DNA of 64,000 nt from Nitrospirota bacterium (lineage in GTDB: Bacteria; Nitrospirota; Thermodesulfovibrionia; Thermodesulfovibrionales; JdFR-86): NCBI GenBank assembly GCA_963721805.1, contig CAVRJY010000001.1:832001-896000 (forward strand). The letters run 5' to 3'. Position 1 is the stretch's first letter, and every line of letters begins with the position of its first letter. The position numbers and the translations under genes were made by a program. Under the pieces are notes generated by a model that worked only from the letters and a program-made list of their open reading frames with translations, made no database searches and was not told where the DNA came from. This document shows, in pieces, positions 49,842 through 60,292 of the stretch.

Positions 49842-50542
49842 ATCATCCCGGAGACTAAGATGAGCATGAATGCGAGCGCGGCCTCGGTGCGGCGCATGTG
49901 TTTGTGCTGATACAGTGGCATCACGCCCTCATACCCTCGCTGACGGAGCGCCGCCGAGGTCTGCCCCGCGTGGTCGAAGACCGCGAGGACCAAAGCCCCC
50001 GCGAGCGTGCCGAAGCTCCTGATGCCGTTTGACATCTTCGCGTATCCGAGTCTGTTTTTCTGAGCGGTGTATATCACCACAGCCTCTTCGAATAGCACGA
50101 ATATGTACCTGTACGCGAACGTCAGTATTTCGATGAAATCCCGAGGCAGGCGCATCCAGCCTAGCGCGGCTATGACCTCGGTAAAAGTCGTTGTGAACCC
50201 TATCAGCGCCAGCACCGAGACAGCCCCCATCACGCGTGAGCCGATTATCATCCCTTCCCGGAGGCTGCCATGTTCGGTGAGGAATACCTTTACGGCGCAC
50301 AGCACCAGCACGATGAAAAGCGGCTCGGCGAACCGCAGGAGGATGGTGAAGGGCGCTACGCCTATCACGAGCGCCGTAAACACTGACACCGCGAACACCA
50401 GCGAGGGGAACGCGTAGCCTCTGCTCAGCAGCACGAGCGCGATGAGCGCGAGACCCGCTATCAGCTTAAGCCGCGCGTCGGCCCGGCCGAGCGCCCCGGC
50501 ACTTTTGGCCGGGGCGTCAGCTATGGGATGGAAGTGGCTCAC
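49820..50542 (-). CDS. cbiQ: Cobalt ECF transporter T component
   Basis: DARLKL, AYRYIFV, RLGY, RGY; GTG start overlapping the upstream stop. Confidence 0.85.
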   Translation of the reverse strand: MSHFHPIADAPAKSAGALGRADARLKLIAGLALIALVLLSRGYAFPSLVFAVSVFTALVIGVAPFTILLRFAEPLFIVLVLCAVKVFLTEHGSLREGMIIGSRVMGAVSVLALIGFTTTFTEVIAALGWMRLPRDFIEILTFAYRYIFVLFEEAVVIYTAQKNRLGYAKMSNGIRSFGTLAGALVLAVFDHAGQTSAALRQRGYEGVMPLYQHKHMRRTEAALAFMLILVSGMIWTVLRG

Positions 50543-50802
50543 TCGCGGCCCTTTGGTTTCTCTGTCAGCATGCGGTAAGAATAACCTCCTGCGAACCCCG
50601 CCGCCGCGCCGCCGAGCAGGAACACGAACAGGAGCATATCGCCCTGGTCGGTGTTGATAAGCGGCGCGTGGGCCTCGCGGCCGTGCTCTTTTGCGACCTT
50701 CTCGACCACGGCCTCGTCCACTCCGACCCATGCTGCATAGGCCGCGCTCCCGGCGAATGCCATGCAAGCAAGCAGCGCCATAGATATGACTATGCGTTTC
50801 AT
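50539..50802 (-). CDS. Small membrane ECF accessory protein (CbiN-like)
   Basis: Signal/TM, WVGVDEAVVEK, GDMLLFVFL..G...GF..GY; lies between cbiM and cbiQ. Confidence 0.75.
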   Translation of the reverse strand: MKRIVISMALLACMAFAGSAAYAAWVGVDEAVVEKVAKEHGREAHAPLINTDQGDMLLFVFLLGGAAAGFAGGYSYRMLTEKPKGRE

Positions 50803-51560
50803 GCCGCCACCTCCGAGGGCTTGATTACCTTCATCTTCACGAGCAGGTCCGGCCGCCGCTTGTATAGCAGCACGACCATCCCGGCTGTCATCGCGCCTTC
50901 CAGGATCCCGAGCGGGAGCTGTGTCGGGATGAACGAGAGCATTATCTTCCACGCCAGAGGCCAAAACGCATCATCGCCCTTGATGCCGGAGGCGAGCTCC
51001 ATCGACGTGGCGATGTAGGTGCACCAGTCTGCGGCGACCCCGGCGACAAAGGCCGATGTGCCGAGCGAAAGCCGCGCCGAGCGCAGGAGCTTGAATGTTC
51101 CGTAAGCCGCGAACGAGCCTACGATGCCCATCGACATTATGTTCGCGCCCCAGGTGCTGATGCCTCCGTGCGCGAGAAACAGGGCCTGTATCAGGAGCGC
51201 GGCCGCCGCGACCACCACGCTTACGAATGGCCCGACCAATAGCGCCGAGATGCCGGTGCCGCATGGGTGCGAGCATGTCCCAGCCACAGGCACCGGGATC
51301 GGCATGCACGAGATGATGAACACGAGCGCGGCCATCAGGCCGAGCAGGGGCTTGAACGATACGTCCTCGCGGCTTTTAATTTTAACCTGGCGAAGCCCTA
51401 TCGCAACAAACGGCGCTGCGAGCACGAACCACAGCGCGGCCCAGTTTAAGGGCAGGATGCCCTCCGAGATATGCATCGCATAGGCATTGGCGGGAACCAG
51501 CGCTAGCAGAGCTAGCAGAGCTATCGCAGAGCGTTTATGGCGGCATATTGTAGTCTTCAT
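50799..51560 (-). CDS. cbiM: Cobalt ECF transporter S component
   Basis: Leader then MHISEG, GTCSHPCG, QALFLAHGG, TQLPL. Confidence 0.93.
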   Translation of the reverse strand: MKTTICRHKRSAIALLALLALVPANAYAMHISEGILPLNWAALWFVLAAPFVAIGLRQVKIKSREDVSFKPLLGLMAALVFIISCMPIPVPVAGTCSHPCGTGISALLVGPFVSVVVAAAALLIQALFLAHGGISTWGANIMSMGIVGSFAAYGTFKLLRSARLSLGTSAFVAGVAADWCTYIATSMELASGIKGDDAFWPLAWKIMLSFIPTQLPLGILEGAMTAGMVVLLYKRRPDLLVKMKVIKPSEVAA

Positions 51561-51576
51561 GTTGTTTGTTTCCCTC

Positions 51577-51834
51577 TTATACGGTTATAGGTTCCTGAAC
51601 GGACCCTTTATTATATATCTGTTCGCTGACGACCGCGAGGACATAGCCGTAGCCGTCCTTTGTATGCGGGATAGTACAGCCGGAGCAGTCCTTGATGCCT
51701 TTCTTTATCGTGAAATCGCCTCCGCACTCAAGCAGATAAAGCGGACACCAGCAAAACAGACATGACTTCCAGTCTGTAAGGTCATGGCATGGGTAAAAGC
51801 CGCAGTCCTGATGAACGAAAAACTTGTAGTTCAT
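51577..51834 (-). CDS. Cysteine-rich small domain (zf-like) protein
   Basis: C.FYPCH...CLFC.CPLY..CGG...KDCS.C..PH. Confidence 0.85.
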   Translation of the reverse strand: MNYKFFVHQDCGFYPCHDLTDWKSCLFCWCPLYLLECGGDFTIKKGIKDCSGCTIPHTKDGYGYVLAVVSEQIYNKGSVQEPITV

Positions 51835-51873
51835 CTCATTGATCCCTCCCTCGGGAACGCGCTGATTGTTCGT

Positions 51874-52062
51874 GGATAGGTCTTCCGGCTTGGGGCATAA
51901 GTCTTCACCTACTCGCCCGCCTTCCCATCGCGGTCATCTCCGCGACAGTGGCTAATGGATGGGCTTTCGTTCCCTTTACGGCTGCGGGGCAGCGGGAGAA
52001 TCGCACTCCTCTTCCCTGGCTTCCTCTGACATTGCTGGCTTTTGTCCCCATCACCTCCTTAT
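51874..52062 (-). ncRNA. Cobalamin riboswitch
   Basis: Minus strand: AGGGAA, CTGCCCCGCAGCCGTAA, GCCACTG, GGGAAGG, AGCCGGAAGACCT; upstream of cbi genes; ends approximate. Confidence 0.92.
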
Positions 52063-52084
52063 TCGGCTGAGACGCATTATGTAT

Positions 52085-53038
52085 TTATACGGCAAGCTTT
52101 GCTATCGCGTTTACTATAGCCGCGGCCACGGGGCTTCCGCCCTTCCTGCCAAGGTTCGTGATGAACGGAAAATTCTGGGACGCCAGCAGGGCCTTGGATT
52201 CCACCGCACGCACGAACCCCACCGGCACCCCAACGACCAGCGCCGGACGGACACGGCCCGTATTTATTAACTCTATGCATTTCAGCAGGGCGGTGGGCGC
52301 GTTACCTATCGCGACGATCCCGATGCTGTCATCGAGCATCTCCTCCATAGCCGACTCGGCGCGCGTCATGCCTTCCTTTGCCTCCGCCTCCGAGATGCCG
52401 CAGAGCACCTTGCCCTTGATGATTTTTTTATTGATCCCCGCGCGGACCATCTCGACGTCCGTGAGTATGTTCTTACCGCTGCGGATCGCCTCTATCCCCG
52501 CACCCACCGCGTCCGGGTGAAACATCATGGTAGTCCTGAAATCGAAGTCCCCGGTGGCGTGTATGACGCGGCGCACTACGGGGCGGTGGAGTTCCGGCAG
52601 GCCGTCGAGCGAGAGTTCGTCCTCTATAGTGCGCATGCTCGCGGCCTCGATCTCGTGCGGGGCGAGTCCGCATGCCGACTCGATGCGGTCGCGGACGACC
52701 TGCACGAGCTTCTCCGAGATGCCCAGCGGCTCTGTGTAGTGGAACTCGACGTCCGGATGAGCATTCCGGGCATCGTCTATGATCGCGGGGATGTCCTTTG
52801 TCACGTGCATGCCAGAGGCCAGGAAGTAGGGGTGCACGATCACGCGCGTCGCGCCCTCGCGCACTGCCTCTTCGAGCACCCCCGGAAGCTCCGGGCTCTG
52901 GAACTGCAAGTACGCGGTGCTGACGCAGGCGTTCTCACAGCCGGGGTGCAGCAGGCCGTGGAGCATGACGCCCACGAGGTCCATCTGGTTTGCGTCCTTC
53001 TTCGGGCTCCCGTGGCCGACCAGTATTATTTTTTCCAT
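52085..53038 (-). CDS. cbiXC: Fused CbiX cobaltochelatase and CbiC precorrin-8X methylmutase
   Basis: LVGHGS, PYFL..GMHV..DIP; then RVIHATGD, IGNAPTAL, PVGFV, GRKGGS. Confidence 0.9.
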   Translation of the reverse strand: MEKIILVGHGSPKKDANQMDLVGVMLHGLLHPGCENACVSTAYLQFQSPELPGVLEEAVREGATRVIVHPYFLASGMHVTKDIPAIIDDARNAHPDVEFHYTEPLGISEKLVQVVRDRIESACGLAPHEIEAASMRTIEDELSLDGLPELHRPVVRRVIHATGDFDFRTTMMFHPDAVGAGIEAIRSGKNILTDVEMVRAGINKKIIKGKVLCGISEAEAKEGMTRAESAMEEMLDDSIGIVAIGNAPTALLKCIELINTGRVRPALVVGVPVGFVRAVESKALLASQNFPFITNLGRKGGSPVAAAIVNAIAKLAV

Positions 53039-54351
53039 GTAGATTCCTTTCGAATAAAATCCACGAACCAGCGCGCGGCCTCGGGCCGTGAGCCGAGATG
53101 CACGTGCGTATAGCTCGCGAGGCATCGGTTCAGCGAGGCCGACGATACACGAGTGCCAGCCCCCTCGCCCAGAACATTATATTTTACCCCATCGGCAGCG
53201 GCCGGGTCCGTTATCTCGCTGTAATGAAACTCATGCCCGCGCAGGACCGTGCCCTCCGGCCCCAATATACAGTCCGAGAGAAGACGGACCTCGCGGTATC
53301 CGAGCGCCGCGCGTTTGTTGAGCATGCGGGTTTCGAACGGGAATACCTCGGCCATCTCAAACGTCCCGTCATCGCTCTGAATCGCCCGGCCAAGGTACAT
53401 CAGCCCCCCGCACTCGGCGTAGAGCGGCCGGCCTTCACTCACCCATGCCCGGACGCTCGCGAGCATCGCGCGGTTGCCCGAGAGCGCGGCAGCGTGGAGT
53501 TCGGGATATCCGCCCCCGATAGATACCGCATCGAGATCAGCGGGAAGGGCGGCATCATTAAGCGGGCTGAAGGGGACGATCTCCGCTCCGGCTTGGCGCA
53601 GCATTTCTAAGTTATCATCGTAATAAAAACAGAACGCGCGGTCCCGAGCCACGGCGATGCGCACGGTGGGCGTTTCGTTTACTGGCGCGGCTATCGCATC
53701 AGGTGGGATGGAGAGTTCCTTGATGCGATTCATGTCGATGTTCTTGATTATGGCGTCCGCCAGCACATCGAGCGAGGCCGCGCTGATCGGGGAGTCCTCG
53801 GCCACGTGCAGCCCCAGGTGGCGCTCGGGGATGCTAAACTGCACGTCTCTCGGAAGATACCCGAGCACCTCGACATCGGCTACCGAGGCGCGGAGCCTTG
53901 CGTAGTGCGCCTCTGACGCGACACGGTTGAAGATCACGCCAGAGAGAGTAGCGCCCGATGCATTAAAGCCGTGCACTATCGCACCGGCGCTCTCGGCCAT
54001 CCCATATGCGTCGACCACTAGCACGACGTTAGCGCCTATCGCCGAGGCGAGAGCGGCGGTGCTCCGATCCGCCCCGTCATAGAGTCCCATAACGCCCTCG
54101 ATCACGACCGCATCCGCGCCTTTGGAGTGCATCGCAAATGATGAACGCACATAGTCCGCGCCGCAGATCCAGAGGTCGAGGTTGCGTGAGACGCGCCCGG
54201 CGATCATGGTGTGCAGGCCCGGGTCTATGAAGTCCGGCCCGGCCTTGAAGGGCTGCACGCTATGGCCGAGCCTCCGAAGCGCGACGAGCAGCCCGAGCGT
54301 GACCGTGCTCTTTCCGCAGCCGCTGTGCGTGCCCGCGATCAGGAGCGGCAT
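53026..54351 (-). CDS. cbiA: Cobyrinate a,c-diamide synthase
   Basis: SGCGKS, FKAGPDFID, EGVMGLYD, ERHLGL, AECGGLMY, GHEFHYS. Confidence 0.93.
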   Translation of the reverse strand: MPLLIAGTHSGCGKSTVTLGLLVALRRLGHSVQPFKAGPDFIDPGLHTMIAGRVSRNLDLWICGADYVRSSFAMHSKGADAVVIEGVMGLYDGADRSTAALASAIGANVVLVVDAYGMAESAGAIVHGFNASGATLSGVIFNRVASEAHYARLRASVADVEVLGYLPRDVQFSIPERHLGLHVAEDSPISAASLDVLADAIIKNIDMNRIKELSIPPDAIAAPVNETPTVRIAVARDRAFCFYYDDNLEMLRQAGAEIVPFSPLNDAALPADLDAVSIGGGYPELHAAALSGNRAMLASVRAWVSEGRPLYAECGGLMYLGRAIQSDDGTFEMAEVFPFETRMLNKRAALGYREVRLLSDCILGPEGTVLRGHEFHYSEITDPAAADGVKYNVLGEGAGTRVSSASLNRCLASYTHVHLGSRPEAARWFVDFIRKESTWKK

Positions 54352-55403
54352 TCGTAGCCCTCCTCGCCGGATGTGGCATCGCCGAGCCCTGCGATCAGGA
54401 GCGCGTTTTCTCTCCTCGTGCGCACCGCCACCCGTATATGCCGCCTGTCCAGTCCGCGGAAGTCCGAGCAGTCGCGCACGATGATCCCGCGCGCGGCGAT
54501 TTCGGTTGTCACGCGTTTTGCATCAGCTATTTCAAGGAGATAGTAGTTCACGTCCGACGGATAGTGCCTGATCGATAGCCGCCTGAACTCGCTTTCGAGG
54601 TATGCCTTCTCTGTGCCTATAAGGCGGCGTGTGCGTTCTATATAGTTGGTGTCAGCGAGCGATGCCGCAGCCGCCATCTGGGCCGGGGTGTTGATGCTCC
54701 ACGGTTCCTTTAGCAGCCGGAGCTTTCTAATCATGCGCTGCGGGAAGACGCCGAACCCGGCCCTGAGCCCGGCAAGCGCGTAGAACTTCGTTAGCGAGCG
54801 AATCACCGCAAGATAGGGGCTCTCTATGTCGAGCACCGAGCCAGAGGGGCAGAAGTCCATGAACGCCTCATCGACCACGAGCATGCACCTTGCGGCCTCG
54901 GCCGCCTTGACTATGCGCAAGACCTCCTCGCGTTCTATAAGCGTGCCGGTCGGGTTTCCGGGGTTGCACAGAAACGCCATATCCGTCCCGGACATTGCCT
55001 TTATGAACGCATCGGGCCTGGGCACGTAGCCGTCCCGGCGATGCGCGGTGACCTGCTTGAGCCTCGCGCCGGCCGCTGCCGCTGCATGAGCGTATTCCGA
55101 AAACGTCGGCCCCGCGATCAGGACGGTCTTCGGGGCCAGGGCGCGCACGCTAAGGAATATGAGTTCGGTGCTCCCGTTGCCGCAGAGCAGGCGCGATGGG
55201 TCAATATTATAACGGCTGGATATCGCCCGTGTCATTTCATATGAGTCGGGGTCGGGGTAATGCGCGCATAGCTCCAGCGCCCGCCTCATCGCGGAACGCG
55301 CCTTGGGCGACGGCCCGAGCGGGTTGATCGAGGCGCTCAGGTCGATGATCTCGCCGTCCCCGCGTTCGCGCGCGGCCTTGTGGATGTTGCCGCCGTGGCT
55401 CAC
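54339..55403 (-). CDS. cobD: L-threonine-O-3-phosphate decarboxylase
   Basis: HGG, DLSASINPLG, GNGSTE, DEAF, RSLTKFYALAGLR. Confidence 0.9.
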   Translation of the reverse strand: MSHGGNIHKAARERGDGEIIDLSASINPLGPSPKARSAMRRALELCAHYPDPDSYEMTRAISSRYNIDPSRLLCGNGSTELIFLSVRALAPKTVLIAGPTFSEYAHAAAAAGARLKQVTAHRRDGYVPRPDAFIKAMSGTDMAFLCNPGNPTGTLIEREEVLRIVKAAEAARCMLVVDEAFMDFCPSGSVLDIESPYLAVIRSLTKFYALAGLRAGFGVFPQRMIRKLRLLKEPWSINTPAQMAAAASLADTNYIERTRRLIGTEKAYLESEFRRLSIRHYPSDVNYYLLEIADAKRVTTEIAARGIIVRDCSDFRGLDRRHIRVAVRTRRENALLIAGLGDATSGEEGYECRS

Positions 55404-56344
55404 AGGAGAAGCCTTAACTGGAGCGCGGTCGCCGCGAGCGCGAGGCCGCCGAGCGCCGTGACCGTCGTGATCGCCATCGCCCTGCAGCGCGTCTCCTTAT
55501 AATGCAGGCCGCCGCCCTCGCCGATGCGGGGCTTCTCGACGAGCACGCCGCCATACACGGACGGCCCGCCTAGCACCACTCCCAACGCCCCGGCCATCGC
55601 GGCCTCAGGGATGCCGCTGTTCGGGCTTGAGTGTTTTCCTCCGTCACGGAGCATCGTCATGAGCGCGTCCGTAGCATGCGCGGCGCGCACGAACGAGGCT
55701 GCAACGACCATCAGCGCGCCCGTGAGCCTCGCTGGTATGAAGTTCGCGATATCGTCGATCCGCGCCGGGGCCCAGCCGAACTTAATGTAACGGTCGTTTT
55801 TGTACCCGACCATCGAGTCGAGCGTGTTTACGGCCTTATACGCCATCGCGAGCGGGACGCCGCCGATCGCGAGGTAAAAAAGCGGCGCGATTATGCCGTC
55901 CGAGGTGTTCTCGGCGAGCGTCTCTATCGCGGCGCGGTGGATGCCCTCCTCGTCGAGCGATGCGGTGTCGCGCCCGACGATCCGCGATAGCCTCCGGCGC
56001 GCCAGCTCGATATCCTTGCTTTTGAACACGCCGCCCACCGCCATCACGAGCCCCCTAAGCGCGAGCGTCGTCGAGGCGAGGTATGCGATGATTATCGTAG
56101 CCGTGATCCCGCCTATGCGTAGGCGGATGAACTCAACGGCGTAATATGTTAAAAAGTATGTTGCGCCGACCATCGTGACCGCGAGCAATACCCCGCCGAT
56201 GCGCGCGGGCATTAGCTTGCGCAAGATCGCCTCGCCCCACTCGATAGCCTTGCCGATGATGCGCACCGGGTGGGGCAGCCAGCGGGGGTCTCCGATCAGG
56301 ACGTCGAACCCGAAGGCGATCAATAGCTCAAGCGGGGTAATCAC
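55400..56344 (-). CDS. cbiB: Adenosylcobinamide-phosphate synthase
   Basis: GDP..PHPV, IVGRDT, ENTSD, NTLDSMVGY, SPNSG..EA; GTG start. Confidence 0.92.
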   Translation of the reverse strand: MITPLELLIAFGFDVLIGDPRWLPHPVRIIGKAIEWGEAILRKLMPARIGGVLLAVTMVGATYFLTYYAVEFIRLRIGGITATIIIAYLASTTLALRGLVMAVGGVFKSKDIELARRRLSRIVGRDTASLDEEGIHRAAIETLAENTSDGIIAPLFYLAIGGVPLAMAYKAVNTLDSMVGYKNDRYIKFGWAPARIDDIANFIPARLTGALMVVAASFVRAAHATDALMTMLRDGGKHSSPNSGIPEAAMAGALGVVLGGPSVYGGVLVEKPRIGEGGGLHYKETRCRAMAITTVTALGGLALAATALQLRLLL

Positions 56345-57813
56345 GAGACCAGCCCCTTTATGAAATCGATATCGAGGTTGGCGCGAAGGTGCCCGGCCCA
56401 TGCGTCTATGGCGCGGTCGCGGAGCGCCCGGAAATTTACCGGCTCATCAGGCACGTTGAGGCTCTTCCTGCGCCTGATCGTATTTAGCACTGCAGAGCGC
56501 AGGGCGTCGTTGTCGAATATCCCGTGCAGGTATGTGCCCCATACAGAGCCTTTAGTAGAGCCGTCCGGCAGGTCGCCCACCTCGCGGTTTAGAATGAACG
56601 CGCCGGTATCTCCGGTCGTAGTGCCCATATGGATTTCGTACCCTACGATCCCGGTGCAGCCCCCGAATAGCGCTGTTGTTGCGTTGGCCTGTGTGACGAC
56701 CTTGCTGCCCTCCAGGACCGTGTCTACATCCAGAAGCCCGATGCCCCGCTCGACGCCCGGCGCGCCTTCGACACCGAGCGGGTCGCTTATCGTGCGTCCG
56801 AGCATCTGGTATCCTCCGCAGAGCCCGGCTATTGGAACGCCCTTTGCGGCAGCACGTTTTATGGCGTCTTCGATGCCGCGCGAGCGGATGAGCAGCAAGT
56901 CCTTGATCGTGTTCTTGGTGCCCGGAAGTATTATGAGGTCAGCGCCCTCTATATGCTCGGCGGTATCCGTGAATATGAGTTCGACGTCCGGCTCGTACGC
57001 AAACGGGAGCAGGTCTGTGAAGTTCGATATGAAGTCAGTGCGCACGACCACGACCCGAAGCCCGCCGCGCTGGCCTGATATCTTGCTGCCCGGCAGCGAC
57101 ATGCCGTCTTCGTCCTCGAGCCCGATCTCGCGCACGTATGGCAGCACGCCGAGTGTCGGTATGCCCGTGCGCTTAAAGAGCATCTCCATGCCTGGGTTTA
57201 GGATGTCGCGGTCGCCTCGGAACTTGTTTATGATGAATCCCTTGATAAGCCGTGCGTCATCGCCCGTGAGTGCGACCGTGCCGTATAGCGAGGCGAAAAC
57301 TCCCCCCCGGTCTATGTCGCCGACGAGCAGGACCGGGCACGCGAGGCGGCGCGCCACGCGCATATTCACGATCTCGACGTCCGCAAGATTGATCTCGGCC
57401 GGGCTCCCCGCGCCCTCGATCACGATCAGTTCGTATGCCGCGCTCAGACGTTCAAGCGATTGCTCCACCGCGCGCCATGCCTCGTCACGGTATGAGTAAT
57501 ATTTCTTCGCGGTCATGTTGCCTACCGCGCGGCCGTGCACTATCACCTGCGATGCGCTCTCGCCGGTGGCCTTAAGCAACACCGGGTTCATATCTGATGT
57601 GGGCAGCACGCGCGCGGCCTCGGCCTGCAATGCCTGTGCGCGGCCTATCTCGGCCCCCTCTAGCGTGGCGAACGAGTTGAGCGCCATGTTTTGTGACTTA
57701 AACGGCGCTACCTTGATCCCCATGTCCGAAAATATCCTGCACAGCCCCGCGACGAGCATGGTCTTTCCGGCACCGGAGCAGGTGCCTTGCATCATCAGCG
57801 CCTTCACCTGCAT
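56341..57813 (-). CDS. cbiP: Cobyric acid synthase
   Basis: QGT.S.AGK, PFKSQNM, EGAGSPAEIN, DIDRGG, CGGYQMLG, GYEIH. Confidence 0.93.
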   Translation of the reverse strand: MQVKALMMQGTCSGAGKTMLVAGLCRIFSDMGIKVAPFKSQNMALNSFATLEGAEIGRAQALQAEAARVLPTSDMNPVLLKATGESASQVIVHGRAVGNMTAKKYYSYRDEAWRAVEQSLERLSAAYELIVIEGAGSPAEINLADVEIVNMRVARRLACPVLLVGDIDRGGVFASLYGTVALTGDDARLIKGFIINKFRGDRDILNPGMEMLFKRTGIPTLGVLPYVREIGLEDEDGMSLPGSKISGQRGGLRVVVVRTDFISNFTDLLPFAYEPDVELIFTDTAEHIEGADLIILPGTKNTIKDLLLIRSRGIEDAIKRAAAKGVPIAGLCGGYQMLGRTISDPLGVEGAPGVERGIGLLDVDTVLEGSKVVTQANATTALFGGCTGIVGYEIHMGTTTGDTGAFILNREVGDLPDGSTKGSVWGTYLHGIFDNDALRSAVLNTIRRRKSLNVPDEPVNFRALRDRAIDAWAGHLRANLDIDFIKGLVS

Positions 57814-58421
57814 GGCCCCCCGTTTAGGAGCTTTATGACCGCCACGCCGTCGTCGTGTATCTCGATCACGTTTACGCATGAATACTGCTGCTCGATGCGG
57901 AAGATGTTATTCAATGACAGCCCCATGTAGTGGCAAAGCGTTGTGCGGTTTACGCCTCCGTGCGCGACGATTATAAACGTCTCGTCCTTGTGGCGCGCCG
58001 CGAGCCCCTGAACAATAGGCAGCACGCGGTCGCTCACCTGCTGGGTGCTCTCGCCCCCTATCGGGCTGAAGTGCAGCGGGTTCGTGGCCCAGGCCTTGAA
58101 GTCGTTGGGGTAGGCGGCGTCGATCTCGTCGAAGCTCATCCCCTCCCACTTGCCGAAATTTCGCTCGCGCAGGCCGGGCTCGATCTCTAATTCAAGGCCA
58201 TATAATGCGGCTATCGGCCGGGCGCTTTCTATCGCGCGGCCGAGCTTGGAACTATAGATAGCGCGCACGCCCTCGGGGAGGCATTCCCTGACATAGCGCG
58301 CGGTGATGCGAGCGGCTTCGAGGCCCTCGGCCGAGAGCGGGACGTCAATGGTGCCCTTATACCGCCGGTCCTCGTTGCCCTCGGTCGCGCCGTGCCTTAT
58401 CAGATATATAGTCGTTGCCAT
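57804..58421 (-). CDS. cobC: Alpha-ribazole-phosphate phosphatase (histidine phosphatase)
   Basis: LIRHG, FGKWEG, AHGG; cob operon context. Confidence 0.85.
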   Translation of the reverse strand: MATTIYLIRHGATEGNEDRRYKGTIDVPLSAEGLEAARITARYVRECLPEGVRAIYSSKLGRAIESARPIAALYGLELEIEPGLRERNFGKWEGMSFDEIDAAYPNDFKAWATNPLHFSPIGGESTQQVSDRVLPIVQGLAARHKDETFIIVAHGGVNRTTLCHYMGLSLNNIFRIEQQYSCVNVIEIHDDGVAVIKLLNGGPCR

Positions 58422-59191
58422 GCCAGTACCGTCATAAGAAATATCAGCTCCGAAAGCTCGGCCGTCGCCCCGAGGGTGTCCCCGGTATGCCCGCCGAACG
58501 AAGTACGGCAGAATTTTGTTGCGATGCGCACGAATCCGTATGTCGCCAATAAGGCCACAATAAGCCCGATATGCCAAGCGACGGTTTGCAGGTCCGCCAG
58601 CATCAGCGAGGGCACCGCGAGCGATACGAGCGCGATGACGGTGGCCTCGGCCATATACCGGCCCCGCATGCCCTCTATAAACGCATGGCCCAGCCCCTCG
58701 GGCCTCGCGGACGTCCCGTGGTACATCGATGCGACCATGGCCCAGCGCGAGGCAACGAGCATGAGTGTCAGCGCCCCCAGATATGCGGCCCACGAGGCCG
58801 ATGCGAGCTCGACCAGTACCAGGTACTTGACGCCCAAGTCAAATACTATCGCTACCACGCCCATCGGCCCTACGGAGCTGTCCTTCATGCTCCGGAGCTT
58901 GCGCTCCCTGTCCCCGCGCGTTGCTATCGCGTCGAAGGTGTCCGCGAGCCCGTCGAGGTGCAGCCCGCCGTTTGAGGCCGCGAGCACGAGCATCACGAGC
59001 GCGGTCGTAAGCGCCGGGCCGAACACGTGCGAAAGCGCCGCGGCGCACCCGGCCGCGACGAACCCGAGCAGGAGCCCAACGAGCGGGAACGCGCCGCTTA
59101 AGGAGGACATGTTCGCCCCGCCCCAGTCGGTGCGCACCGGAAGCGGCACGATCGTCAGAAACTGCATGGCCATGATGAGACGCTTAAGCAT
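58400..59191 (-). CDS. cobS: Cobalamin synthase
   Basis: QFLT.VP, GLHLDGLADTFD, MKDS.VG, GHTGDTLGA. Confidence 0.93.
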   Translation of the reverse strand: MLKRLIMAMQFLTIVPLPVRTDWGGANMSSLSGAFPLVGLLLGFVAAGCAAALSHVFGPALTTALVMLVLAASNGGLHLDGLADTFDAIATRGDRERKLRSMKDSSVGPMGVVAIVFDLGVKYLVLVELASASWAAYLGALTLMLVASRWAMVASMYHGTSARPEGLGHAFIEGMRGRYMAEATVIALVSLAVPSLMLADLQTVAWHIGLIVALLATYGFVRIATKFCRTSFGGHTGDTLGATAELSELIFLMTVLAWQRLYI

Positions 59192-60273
59192 TAGGATTGC
59201 TTGTCGCTGACCCCGGCGCTCTCAAACGTGGCCATCTCCTTATATATCTTCAAGCCGCCCTCGATCAGCATCATCGCGAGCGCCGCGCCTGTGCCCTCGC
59301 CGAGCCTGAGGTCCAGATCGAGTATCGGCCTGAGTTTCATCTCGCGCAGCATCACTATATGGCCGCGCTCAACCGACTGGTGCGCAGCGAACAGGTAGCC
59401 GCGCACTTGTGGCACGAGCCTCGTGGCCACCAGCGCCCCGGCGGTCGAGATGAAGCCGTCGATCACGACCGGCACGCGGTTTAGGGCCGCGCCGATGCAG
59501 AGCCCCGCTATTCCCGCTATCTCGGCCCCGCCGAGCTTCGCGAGCACGTCGAGCGCGTCATTGGGGTCTGGCTTGTTGACCGCTATCGACTCCTCTATCA
59601 CCGCGATCTTGCGGCGCAGGGAATCGTCCGTGATGCCCGTGCCGCGGCCCGTAACCTCAGCGACCGGGTATCCTGTGAGCACCGCCGCTATGGCGCTTGA
59701 GGGCGTGGTGTTGCCGATGCCCATCTCCCCGGTGCCCATGATCTTGTAGCCAAGCGCCGCGTACTCGGTCGCGAGCGTCGCGCCTACCTCGATACACTGA
59801 AGCGCCTCCTCGTGCGTCATCGCCGCGCCCGTGTGCATGTTGCGGGTGCCGCGCACTATCTTTCTTGAGATCAGGCCTTCAATGTTGCCGAAGTCGTAGT
59901 CCACGCCGATGTCCACCACCGCGACCTCGGCCCCGGCGTGGCGCGCAAGCACGTTTATGCCAGCGCCGCCCCGGAGGAAGTTCAGGACCATCTGGGGGGT
60001 GACTTCCTTGGGGAAGGCCGAGACGCCGTCGCTGGCGACGCCATGGTCGCCGGCGAAGGTGAAGATGATCTTCTTATCGAGCGTAGGCATCAGGTTGTCG
60101 GTCATCGCGACGAGCGAGCGCGCGAACTCCTCGAGCCTGCCCAGGCTGCCCTGCGGCTTGGTGAGGTTGTCGAGTCTCCTCTGGGCCTCGATCAGGAGGC
60201 TGTCCCCCACCGGCTCGACCTGCTTGTTGGCCAGCCCTATCAGGCAGGCCGGGGCGCATTGAAACTTCTTCAT
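59191..60273 (-). CDS. cobT: Nicotinate-nucleotide-dimethylbenzimidazole phosphoribosyltransferase
   Basis: [33 protein letters not shown]. Confidence 0.94.
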   Translation of the reverse strand: MKKFQCAPACLIGLANKQVEPVGDSLLIEAQRRLDNLTKPQGSLGRLEEFARSLVAMTDNLMPTLDKKIIFTFAGDHGVASDGVSAFPKEVTPQMVLNFLRGGAGINVLARHAGAEVAVVDIGVDYDFGNIEGLISRKIVRGTRNMHTGAAMTHEEALQCIEVGATLATEYAALGYKIMGTGEMGIGNTTPSSAIAAVLTGYPVAEVTGRGTGITDDSLRRKIAVIEESIAVNKPDPNDALDVLAKLGGAEIAGIAGLCIGAALNRVPVVIDGFISTAGALVATRLVPQVRGYLFAAHQSVERGHIVMLREMKLRPILDLDLRLGEGTGAALAMMLIEGGLKIYKEMATFESAGVSDKQS

Positions 60274-60292
60274 CCGTGCATCCTCCTTATGG

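Noticed and set aside
43665..53038. CbiG-CbiH, CbiE-CbiT and CbiX-CbiC fusions as novelty
   Set aside because: Fusions among cobalamin enzymes are common and well known
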